A stretch of DNA of 60,274 nt, filler included. It is 8 parts of 8 records of this genome, joined end to end, with 100 filler letters (N's around TTAATTAATTAA, not from the genome) between each part and the next. Parts side by side here need not be neighbours in the genome. Positions count along the whole stretch, not along the records: positions 1 to 7,256 come from DRR723986_14408; positions 7,357 to 12,582 come from DRR723986_14417; 6 more parts are not named here. One strand, 5' to 3'. Shown one piece after another: positions 1 to 8,638 of the stretch. The position numbers and the translations under genes are program-made. The notes beneath the pieces are model-generated. The model did not search any database, was not told the DNA's origin, and saw only the letters and a list, made by a program, of their open reading frames with translations. Each line of letters begins with the position of its first letter. The stretch's first letter is position 1.

Positions 1-670
1 GCGGACCCATTGATTTCTCAAAAAGAACCAAGCCAAAATCTCGTCATAAGGCCCAAAATCTCGCAATTGCTCCTTAATCATCCAACAGGTAGGACTGCGG
101 CTCTGTTAGCAAATCATCCACCTGGCAAGATTCAGCTCCCACAGCAAAAATATGTACAATCCACTTTACATCAACTTTGCATTTCCACCTTCCAGTCTCA
201 CTCTACAAATTCCGTCTCAAATCTGTCTGCGGCTGTGAATTGATATACTCACCACAGTCTGTTTGTCTCAAGAATTTAATCCCAGCGACCAACAAAAGAA
301 AAAAGCCAGCCACAGTCCTGGGGCGCAGCGCTCAAATCCGACCACGCAGTGAGGCGGAACTCACAAGAAAATCAAGCGTGAAGACCAAAAAACAACATGA
401 GCAGATAAATACCTAAAGCGTTTGAGTATATTGAAATGTGCTCCTGAACTGATGCGGTAATTGTGGACTTGGAGTATGATTTATGTCTTACCCGTAAATC
501 TTTGCGGGGGAGAATTAGTCCGGAAATATCAGTGATTGATGGGCCGCGAGATCAGCTTGAATCGCTGTAAGTGCTTGATTTGCAGGTGATTGAGTCGATT
601 TGCTGTGGTGTTTTGAGAATCCGCTCTCATTCAGTTGATTAAGAAGTGTTCGGGAAAAATGCATCAAAAG

Positions 671-703
671 TTTGGATAGTAATTGTGCCCTTGTGTATAT
701 TTG
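671..703 (+). promoter_or_regulatory. Bacteroidota-type housekeeping promoter (TTTG-N21-TATATTTG) upstream of the lipoprotein array
   Basis: TTTG at 671-674 and TATATTTG at 696-703 match the -33/-7 consensus TTTG-N19-21-TAnnTTTG; about 90 nt upstream of the ATG at 794. Confidence 0.5.
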
Positions 704-793
704 GAGTGAAAGTATTGTGAAGATGTTTCAATTGTAAGAGTAATACTAGTCGGCATCTTTGAGTCTATTCAATTTATTAATCTGGAGAGCAGC

Positions 794-1306
794 ATGCGCT
801 GGCGCACACTTGTAGTATTATGTTTAAGTCTTTCGTTTGTGGCAATTGGCTGTGACGACGACGATGAAGATGGAGACAGCCTGAGTTATAACGGAACCAA
901 TGGTTTTGCGGCAAATGGCAATGGTTTAAGTAATGTGAGCGTGGACACCGATTTTAACAGCGGTAGTGCATCAATGATTTTTGGAAGCGGAGCGGTAAGT
1001 GTTACCCTGCGTGGCAGCTATGAAGGTGATGATGCGGTTATTAACATTGGCGCACAAACGCCCGGCTCAGCCGTTTCAACCGGATCAAAAAGCTGGGGAC
1101 TTGGATTTGGTGGTCAACACACAATCACAGTAGAAATTGGCGGCACGACCTATCGCAGTCAGAAGGGAACTTCCAGCACAGACGGTTCAACAGTTTATCG
1201 TACTCTGAGCGACGAAACCATCGAAGGGACGTTTGACGGTACAGTCGAAGATACGGATGGCAATAGCATCCGCGTTGTAGGTAAATTTAGTGTAGAAAAC
1301 GACTAA
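794..1306 (+). CDS. Hypothetical lipoprotein, paralog 1 of a tandem array
   Basis: GGAG RBS; signal peptide with lipobox VAIG-C followed by DDDDEDGD; shares GTNGF, W-G, GG..Y.S and G.F.GTV...IR..GKF motifs with the next three genes. Confidence 0.85.
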   Translation: MRWRTLVVLCLSLSFVAIGCDDDDEDGDSLSYNGTNGFAANGNGLSNVSVDTDFNSGSASMIFGSGAVSVTLRGSYEGDDAVINIGAQTPGSAVSTGSKSWGLGFGGQHTITVEIGGTTYRSQKGTSSTDGSTVYRTLSDETIEGTFDGTVEDTDGNSIRVVGKFSVEND

Positions 1307-1354
1307 AAGTCCGCCGCAACAAAAAGTGTGAATCAATGCACGATTACACCGATT

Positions 1355-1400
1355 ACACGGCAGTCAGAAGCAGCGATGTTTTTGCCTGCCGTGTGTGGTT
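1355..1400 (+). terminator. Probable intrinsic terminator or stem-loop between lipoprotein genes 1 and 2
   Basis: ACACGGCAG (1355-1363) pairs with CTGCCGTGT (1386-1394), followed by a G/T-rich tail. Confidence 0.4.
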
Positions 1401-1475
1401 TTAGGGGCCAAAACACGCTGTTTTCCTCACTTATATTAGACATTTGTTAACATCGTGATGTAATGAGGATAATCT

Positions 1476-2027
1476 ATGCGCTGGTTTACGCTGCTTTTTC
1501 TGTGTTTAAGTATTTCTGTTGTCACAATTGGCTGCTCCGATGATGATGGCAGTGACCCCGCCAGTGGAAGTGGTGATAATGATGACAATGACGCTAACGA
1601 CGGTTTGACGTTTGACGGGACAAACGGCTTCGTAATTGAAGGTGATGATGTTCCCCTGAGTACCATGGACCTGCAGTTTAGCAGTGCCAGGCTTGAGTCC
1701 TCGGCTAATGGAACCGCGCTTGATGTGACCTTGATTGGTACAGTCGGATCTACAGCGACAGAGCTGAAATTAATCGCGCTGACTGGTGGAGAGATGGCAC
1801 CGGGCACAAAAGATTGGGGAGTTACAAGTGAAGGATCGCATAACATCTTACTGGACCTTGGCACTTTAAGGTATCAAGGTGCAAGCGGTGTAGTTAGTGG
1901 AGATGGGCAGACCGTTTACAGCATTCTTGGCGACCGGATTCAAGGAAGTTTTGAAGGGACGCTTGTTGCTATTGGCAACCGAACTTTACGAATTGCCGGA
2001 AAATTTGACCTTGAAAATTCCAATTGA
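1476..2027 (+). CDS. Hypothetical lipoprotein, paralog 2
   Basis: GAGG RBS; lipobox VTIG-C-SDDD; FDGTNGF and IQGSFEGT...RIAGKFDLENSN motifs. Confidence 0.85.
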   Translation: MRWFTLLFLCLSISVVTIGCSDDDGSDPASGSGDNDDNDANDGLTFDGTNGFVIEGDDVPLSTMDLQFSSARLESSANGTALDVTLIGTVGSTATELKLIALTGGEMAPGTKDWGVTSEGSHNILLDLGTLRYQGASGVVSGDGQTVYSILGDRIQGSFEGTLVAIGNRTLRIAGKFDLENSN

Positions 2028-2171
2028 AATGCTGGCGTCAGAGTGTTCATTCTGCTGCTGCATCAGTCGGGTTTGACAAATCGTTTTGATTGTTTTTAAA
2101 GACCAGTCAGTATATTGGGGCTTCTTCCAATACACTTGCTTGAAGAGAGGAAAATCAACATGGGGATTCAT

Positions 2172-2711
2172 ATGCGCCAGCATTCACTTATAGTTTTGTG
2201 TTTAAGCCTGGTCTTTGTCATTGCCGGATGTAGCGACGATGAAGGCCCAACTGAAAATGAAGAAGTTGTCCTCAGTTTTGATGGACTCAACGGAATTGCC
2301 ATCGACGGTGACGGGTATCAAAATGTCATTCTGGAAACTGATGACAATACGGGTGTCATAGGGTATAATGAAGCCTCGAACCTGAGCTATGCCAATACGC
2401 GTTTGCGTGGCACAATCGACGGTACTCCGGTTGTAATCTCTATCAGTGCAAGCATAGCAGGTGCGGACCCGGTCACACCTGGAGTCAAGGTCTGGCAAGG
2501 GCACTATGATGTTAATTACAGTGTAAATATTGAAATGGGTGGCAAAGTTTACTGGAGTACCAACAGAGTCGAAGACAATGAAGGTCATACAGAGTTCCTG
2601 GAGTTAGGCGAACGACTTGTTGGAAGATTTGAAGGTACAGTCAGAGAAAATGACGGCGATCTTGCAAGTATACGAGTCGTAGGAAAGTTTGATGTTGAAA
2701 ATTCCAATTGA
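2172..2711 (+). CDS. Hypothetical lipoprotein, paralog 3
   Basis: Start moved to ATG 2172 (MRQHSL) by alignment with paralogs; lipobox VIAG-C-SDDE; ends IRVVGKFDVENSN. Confidence 0.85.
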   Translation: MRQHSLIVLCLSLVFVIAGCSDDEGPTENEEVVLSFDGLNGIAIDGDGYQNVILETDDNTGVIGYNEASNLSYANTRLRGTIDGTPVVISISASIAGADPVTPGVKVWQGHYDVNYSVNIEMGGKVYWSTNRVEDNEGHTEFLELGERLVGRFEGTVRENDGDLASIRVVGKFDVENSN

Positions 2712-2831
2712 TTAGCGGCCGGCACCACTGTCGTTCTACCGCACAAAACGATGGTTTTGGGGAGTATTTGTATTTTGCTGTCTCACATCCATAGATTTAC
2801 ATGATGATTGAACGCTGAAACCGAGAATGTG

Positions 2832-3350
2832 ATGCGCTTGTTTTCAAATTTTATGATCTGTTTAAGTCTTTCATTGCTGCTGGTTGGCTGCGACGATGGT
2901 GACGAGCCTATTTACATTGGAACAAATGGCTTTGCAATTGACGGCGGGGAGTATTGCCATTTGAGTGTTGAAACCAACGTTTACTCGGCTAGTTCTGAGA
3001 TCCGTGAGGGAAGAGATTTTGGCTTGCTCGAAATCAGCATGCGAAAGGGTCTCGATAGAGAGAGTGACGGGGTTACAATTATATCGGTCACTGAAGGTGG
3101 GCTGGAAACTGTTGGTACAAGAGCCTGGAACTTCACCGAGTCCGGCATTGGGACACATTTTGTTGAAGTTAAAATTGGCGGGAAATCGTATCGAAGTACG
3201 AGGGGGCTTACGCATGTTAGTACGGACGGCTCAACCGAATTCTTTCGCGTGGGCGAGCGGATTGTCGGGAATTTTAGAGGTGAAGTAGAAGACTATGACG
3301 GCAACAGCATTCGCATTGCCGGCCGCTTTGATTTGGCCGTACCAGATTAA
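2832..3350 (+). CDS. Hypothetical lipoprotein, paralog 4
   Basis: Start moved to ATG 2832 (MRLFSN); lipobox LLVG-C-DDGD; YIGTNGFAIDG and DGNSIRIAGRFD motifs. Confidence 0.85.
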   Translation: MRLFSNFMICLSLSLLLVGCDDGDEPIYIGTNGFAIDGGEYCHLSVETNVYSASSEIREGRDFGLLEISMRKGLDRESDGVTIISVTEGGLETVGTRAWNFTESGIGTHFVEVKIGGKSYRSTRGLTHVSTDGSTEFFRVGERIVGNFRGEVEDYDGNSIRIAGRFDLAVPD

Positions 3351-3600
3351 CGTTAAGAAGATGTGCAGACGCAGCATCGCGCACCAAGCTCTGAATGCGC
3401 TTTTCTCCGGCAATTTCCGGGGACAAAAATCTCTACCTTTTTTGCGCAAAACTTCCCACTGCTGAAACTTTTTTGAGCCGATTGGATTGTCTTGTTGTTC
3501 GTAAGCGAAAAATATTACCGCTACGCCTGCAACATGTCCCGCCTTGGCGGGATTTTGTAGATTGTACTGCGGCAATGTCCATAACTTTTCCTGCGAACAC

Positions 3601-5340
3601 ATGAAATCATCTACAACCTGCACTAAAATCTGCTCAATGATTTGCTGTTCTCTGCTGTTTGGCGCGCTGACGCCAGTACTGACGAATATTCAGCAACTGC
3701 ATGCGCAGACGCCATATCTCGACCAACCTGACTGGGAGTCGCAGCCAAATGGTCTGCATTCAGTTGGAGTTGCGCTCGCAGACATTAACCGCGACGGTTT
3801 TCTGGATTTGATCGTGAGCAATGGCGCTGATAGCGGTCGTGAGCCCATTGTGGTGCACTACAACTTGGGCAATGGTCTGCTCGAAACAACTCCCAGCTGG
3901 CAATCTGCCGACAGCGCTTTTCACGGAAATCTGGCCGTCGGCGATATTGACCATGATGGATGGCCTGACGTGGCCGTGTCCGTTCTGTTTAATAATGACG
4001 TTTATGCCGATTCGGGACATGTTAAACTATACCTGAATATCAATGGCCGTCTGGAGGAAACACCGTCCTGGCGTTCAGCTGATACGTTTAACAGTTACGC
4101 CTGTGCTTTTGGTGATCCCGACGGCGATGGTGATCTCGACTTAACAGCTATGGCCGGTGAACCCGTGACCGAAAAGCGCGATCGCAGCCGCATTTACTAC
4201 AATGATAACGGCAGACTCCAGGATACACCCGGCTGGCAGCATGAACTCCTGTATTTAGGTGGTGACGCCACCTGGGCCGACTTTGACCGCGACGGTATTG
4301 CCGAACCTGCAATGGTTTACCACCTGGAGCCCAACCGTATTTTTGGCAACGACGGCACAAAAATTAACGAACGCTATAAATGGTTCTCACAGGATCGCGC
4401 CTTTTATGCTCGTGACGTGTATTCGGCTGATATGGATAACGACGGTTGGTTGGACCTACTGGTTGCCAACGGTGGGTATGCAGGCGGTGCCGGATACATT
4501 AAACTGTACCGCAATGAGGCTGAAAACGGCATGGGGCGTACGCCGCATTGGCGCTCCGCGGTGCTGGATGTTAATACTTCTGTGCGCAGCTACGATTTTG
4601 ATGGTGATGGGTTTCGCGACATAATCGCGACGGCCTGGGACCGTGGGTTGTTAACATGGCGCTCAAATGAAGGCCAGTTCTCTGATGCTCCTTCCTGGGA
4701 GTCGCATCGGCGTGCGGTTAACGAATCATTGGCTTTGGGCGATTTGGACAATGCCGCTCTTCGGGTTGACAGCTATGAATTTGCCGTAGGGCCACAGGGG
4801 CGCAGTTTCTTTGCTCTGGGCAACGCTCCCTTCCGCAATGTTGAGAATATCACATTTGGCGGAGTTGAGCTAGCTTACGAAGATTTTTGTTTTCAGGGCG
4901 AGCAGGGCTGGTTAAGTATCGACCGCCGTTTACATTCGGATACGCTCCGCGTGCGGGTGAGACGTTCAACTCAGCTGGACGCAGTAGTTGCGGTCTGGAA
5001 CGCTGATCAGGGCAACATAGTCTACAACTTCGACCCGGTTCGTGTGGATGTAGCCGAAAGCGCCGCACCCAAAAACTCAATAACTTTACGTCCTTTGCCC
5101 GCCAAAGACCGCCTGTACCTCGGATTCCCTCGCTGGGGCTTTAGCAGCCTTTCCATGTTTGTCGCTGAATGGGAAGTCTATGATCTCTTGGGCCGCAAGC
5201 TCCTTGAAGGCAGGGAATCGCTCAGTGCCCAGCAAGCAGGGCTGGAGATAAAAATCGATGCGCTCGAAGCCGGCAGTTACATCGTGCGGGTGCGCGCAGG
5301 TAGTCGCGAATTCAGTGCGGGTTTTGTTGTAGCCAAATGA
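3601..5340 (+). CDS. FG-GAP/VCBS-repeat secreted protein with a type IX secretion (Por) C-terminal sorting domain
   Basis: Repeated D(I/F/M)(N/D)xDGxxD(L/V/I) motifs; N-terminal signal peptide; C-terminal P.PA...VYDLLGR...LEAGSYIVRV...FVVAK typical of a type A CTD; start taken at ATG 3601. Confidence 0.85.
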   Translation: MKSSTTCTKICSMICCSLLFGALTPVLTNIQQLHAQTPYLDQPDWESQPNGLHSVGVALADINRDGFLDLIVSNGADSGREPIVVHYNLGNGLLETTPSWQSADSAFHGNLAVGDIDHDGWPDVAVSVLFNNDVYADSGHVKLYLNINGRLEETPSWRSADTFNSYACAFGDPDGDGDLDLTAMAGEPVTEKRDRSRIYYNDNGRLQDTPGWQHELLYLGGDATWADFDRDGIAEPAMVYHLEPNRIFGNDGTKINERYKWFSQDRAFYARDVYSADMDNDGWLDLLVANGGYAGGAGYIKLYRNEAENGMGRTPHWRSAVLDVNTSVRSYDFDGDGFRDIIATAWDRGLLTWRSNEGQFSDAPSWESHRRAVNESLALGDLDNAALRVDSYEFAVGPQGRSFFALGNAPFRNVENITFGGVELAYEDFCFQGEQGWLSIDRRLHSDTLRVRVRRSTQLDAVVAVWNADQGNIVYNFDPVRVDVAESAAPKNSITLRPLPAKDRLYLGFPRWGFSSLSMFVAEWEVYDLLGRKLLEGRESLSAQQAGLEIKIDALEAGSYIVRVRAGSREFSAGFVVAK

Positions 5341-5407
5341 TTGAAAATACGTTGATTACTCCGGCGCTGCTGCCTTCCGCTTCTAATTGTGGTGAAAAGG
5401 GCACGCA

Positions 5408-5869
5408 TCAGGGAGTGACTTCGTCTTCATCATCCTGGTCCGCCGAATAGCCCGGCCGTGGTTGCCAGTCGATGCCGTCACATGGTGTGTAGTTGGCGGC
5501 AACGTGCTCGTCGTAAAGGCTGCAGAGCAGGCTGGTTTCTTCGTAATTGCGGCATTTGGCGCAGAGCGAATTGGTTTCGATCTTTTGGTGCTGCTGCATA
5601 TAACGATTGTACATTGGGTACATCGGGTAGAGCACCAGCATCCAGATCATTAAAAATATGAGGTTAAGCATGTCATTTGCGCCGCCGCGCATCGATGCCA
5701 TGTACCAGTAAATCAGTATCAGCGCCGTGGAAACCAGAAGTCCATACAGGACGATGGAGCCGATCGTGGCGCTCGGATTGATCGGGTTTTTGAATAGTTC
5801 GGGCCGAATTTCGCGTTCATCGGGCGCTTCGGGGCGGCGGTTAAAAAATCTATCTATCCATTCTTTCAT
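5408..5869 (-). CDS. Hypothetical membrane protein with two TM helices and a C-terminal 4-Cys motif
   Basis: Two hydrophobic segments, then CAKC...LC...PC and an acidic tail. Confidence 0.7.
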   Translation of the reverse strand: MKEWIDRFFNRRPEAPDEREIRPELFKNPINPSATIGSIVLYGLLVSTALILIYWYMASMRGGANDMLNLIFLMIWMLVLYPMYPMYNRYMQQHQKIETNSLCAKCRNYEETSLLCSLYDEHVAANYTPCDGIDWQPRPGYSADQDDEDEVTP

Positions 5870-6058
5870 TGTGCGGCTCTATGCTCGGCTGTACTTGATG
5901 TCTGATTTGTATCACGACGCATGCAACAAAAAATTATACTGTCATTAACGCTGATTCGTTCCGCGATTCAATAATTCTCCAGTTTGCGGCGCAGCCCACT
6001 CCGGCTGCAATCGATACACCTTAACGTGTCGCTCAAATAATCGTCCTTAAAACTGACT

Positions 6059-7256
6059 ATGAGCCAAGACTTCGAAATCAGCGTTCTACCCGAACACATC
6101 GCCAACCAGATAGCGGCCGGTGAAGTTGTTGAACGCCCGGAATCCATCGTCAAAGAACTTGTAGAAAACGCGCTGGACGCCGGTGCCGGCAGTGTAGCCG
6201 TGCACGTGCGCAATGCCGGCAAGGACCTGATTATGGTGCAGGATAACGGCCGCGGCATGCGCGGGGCTGACCTGGAACGTTCGGTTCTGCGGCATGCCAC
6301 CAGCAAAGTTCGCGAAGCGACCGACCTGCACAACATCCGCACGCTCGGATTTCGCGGCGAAGCACTTGCCGCCATCGCTGCTGTCGCCGACCTGGAAATT
6401 CGCTCGCGCCGTCAGGACGAAGAGCACGGCTGGCGTTTAACAACACGTCCCAGCGCTGCACCAACAATTGAGCCGGATGCCGTCAGCGAGGGTACGCAGG
6501 TCGTAGTCCGCAATCTGTTTTACAACGTGCCGGCGCGCCGCAAATTCCTGCGCGCCAATCTGACGGAATTCCGTCACATCAACGACACGATGCTCAAGTT
6601 TGCGCTCGGCAACCCCGCTGTGCAATTCAGTCTGCATGACGATGACCGCTCAGTCCTGAACCTGGCCCCCAGCGATGAAGCCGGACGTGTAGCCGCAATG
6701 CTCGGCGCCCAAAGTGCCGAACAGCTGATTCCGATTGCGTATGAAAGTGAACTTCTCAAAATTCATGGATTTGTGGGGCCGCCGTCGCTGGCACGCAAGT
6801 CGCGGGCCGATCAGCATTTCTTCATGAACGGCCGCATCATCGTCAGCCGCAAACTCTCACATGCCGTGCTGACGGCCTTTGAACACATTCTGGACAAACT
6901 GCAATATCCAGTCTTTGTCCTGTATCTGCTTGTAGACCCGCAGCGCGTGGATGTTAACGTGCATCCGCGCAAGCAGGAAGTCAAATTTGACGAAGATCGG
7001 CAGGTATACAATGCAATCCTGGACGCCGTCAGCGCCGGGCTGCGCACGCGCGATGTAACGCCGCGCATGAGCGCCGACGCCCCTGCAATTCAGGCGCCAT
7101 TTGAGCGCGTTGGATTTGGCGACAGGCCCGACCCGATGTTGGTCAATCGCGTGACAGGTGAACTGTATGCGCCACAACCAACCAAAACATCTTTTGGCGG
7201 CAGCGGCAGTTCGGGCTCGTACGGCAGCGGCAGTTCGGGCTCGTATGGCGGCGGCA
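6059..7256 (+). CDS. mutL: DNA mismatch repair endonuclease MutL, 3' truncated at contig end
   Basis: NQIAAGEVVERP, KELVENALDA, DNGRGM, HATSK, LGFRGEAL and VDVNVHP motifs. Confidence 0.97.
7199..7256 (+). repeat. 24-bp tandem repeat (GGCAGCGGCAGTTCGGGCTCGTAY) encoding GSGSSGSY in the MutL linker
   Basis: Two full copies (7199-7222, 7223-7246) and a partial third running into the gap. Confidence 0.85.
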
Positions 7257-7356
7257 NNNNNNNNNNNNNNNNNNNNNNNNNNNNNNNNNNNNNNNNNNNN
7301 TTAATTAATTAANNNNNNNNNNNNNNNNNNNNNNNNNNNNNNNNNNNNNNNNNNNN
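7257..7356. other. Artificial contig linker (N44-TTAATTAATTAA-N44)
   Basis: N runs around a six-frame stop spacer; identical linkers at 12583-12682, 19055-19154, 25408-25507, 34803-34902, 42684-42783 and 52979-53078. Confidence 0.99.
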
Positions 7357-7736
7357 CCCCGGCGGTAAAAACCTGCGAAGCCGTCAACGAACGCCTGGAA
7401 GATCTGTCACGCCGGGTCGACCGGGCCTCTGAAATGATGCGCACCCGGGTTGAGCTGGCCATCCAGAGCCAGAACCAGCAACTGCTCAGTTCCATGGACC
7501 GCCGTTCCCGCATTCAGCTGATGATGCAGCATACCGTGGAAGGCTTCTCTGTGGTGGCCATCTCCTATTACCTGATTGGCCTGTTGAAACTTGGGCTGGA
7601 CGCCCTAAAGGGCACCGGGCTACCGATCAACGAGTCGCTGGTGACAGCCCTTGCCATACCGGTGGTGATGGTACTGGTGTTCATCGGCATCCGCATCATT
7701 CACCATCGTTTCATCCGCATGGCACGCCGGCAGTAG
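7357..7736 (+). CDS. DUF3422 family membrane protein, C-terminal part (5' truncated)
   Basis: RTRVE...QN..LL.SMDRR...QL..Q.TVEG.SVVAISYY is the characteristic DUF3422 C-terminus. Confidence 0.8.
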
Positions 7737-7740
7737 CGGT

Positions 7741-8520
7741 TCAGCAGAAGCGCGGATCCCCGGCGAACTGGCGATAGAACTGCTGGGCAGTGCGGCCATT
7801 GCGCACGCCCTTGCCGGTGGTAAAGCGCACCGCCTCCAGGTGCAGAGCTTCACGGTCCTGTACCTGGGGAAACAGCAGATCCACCGCCTGCAGATAGACA
7901 TCCTGCGAAAACGGGTAGAACGACAACTGAAGACCGAACCTGTCGGCCAGCGACACCTGCTCCTCAATAGCCTCGGCCGGATGCAGTTCGCCATCCCGGA
8001 CTTCGCTTTTGAGGTTGTCGCTCATGAACTCCGGCATCAAGTGGCGCCGATTAGACGTGGCATACACCCGCACATTCTCCGGCGGCAGCTCCAGTGAGCC
8101 TTCCAGCACGCTTTTCAGTGCCTTGTACCCGGATTCCCCCACATCGAACGACAGGTCATCGCAATAGATCACAAACCGGAACGGCAGATCGCAGATGTCG
8201 TCGACAATTTCAGGCAGATTGACCAGGTCGTCCTTGTCCACCTCGATCATGCGCAAGCCCTGATCGCAATAGCGGTTCAGAAGGGCCTTGATCAGCGAAG
8301 ATTTGCCCGTCCCCCGCGATCCCCAGAGCAGCGCATTATTGGAGGGCTCACCCGCCAGAAAACGTTCGGTGTTCCTTGCCAACGCCTGCTTCTGGTGGTC
8401 GATGCCGGTCAGCGCCGGCCACTGCACCGGGTCCAGCCGGCGAATGGCCCGCAAGCCTGAACGATGCCTCCGCCAGACGGCGGCTGGTGTGTGTTGCCAA
8501 TCAAACGCCTGTTCTGCCAT
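7741..8520 (-). CDS. DUF815 family AAA+ ATPase
   Basis: NNALLWGSRGTGKSS Walker A; DDLSF; LKSVLEG; YATSNRRHL; SLADRFGL. Confidence 0.9.
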   Translation of the reverse strand: MAEQAFDWQHTPAAVWRRHRSGLRAIRRLDPVQWPALTGIDHQKQALARNTERFLAGEPSNNALLWGSRGTGKSSLIKALLNRYCDQGLRMIEVDKDDLVNLPEIVDDICDLPFRFVIYCDDLSFDVGESGYKALKSVLEGSLELPPENVRVYATSNRRHLMPEFMSDNLKSEVRDGELHPAEAIEEQVSLADRFGLQLSFYPFSQDVYLQAVDLLFPQVQDREALHLEAVRFTTGKGVRNGRTAQQFYRQFAGDPRFC

Positions 8521-8638
8521 GGGCTGCGGTTCCTCGTTGAAGATTTCACAAAGTCTGTATGAATTCTGGCCAGCTATGGCTGTCAGAGGTTACGATTTGC
8601 AACTACACTGTAGCGGTAAGCAACATAGAAGGTTCATT

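Noticed and set aside
7257-7356. Recurring TTAATTAATTAA motif and ORFs ending in X...LIN
   Set aside because: Artificial six-frame-stop linker, not a biological repeat
8288-8638. N-terminal extension of the 1048-aa diguanylate cyclase ORF
   Set aside because: Overlaps the divergent DUF815 gene; the signal peptide indicates a start at 8639-8702
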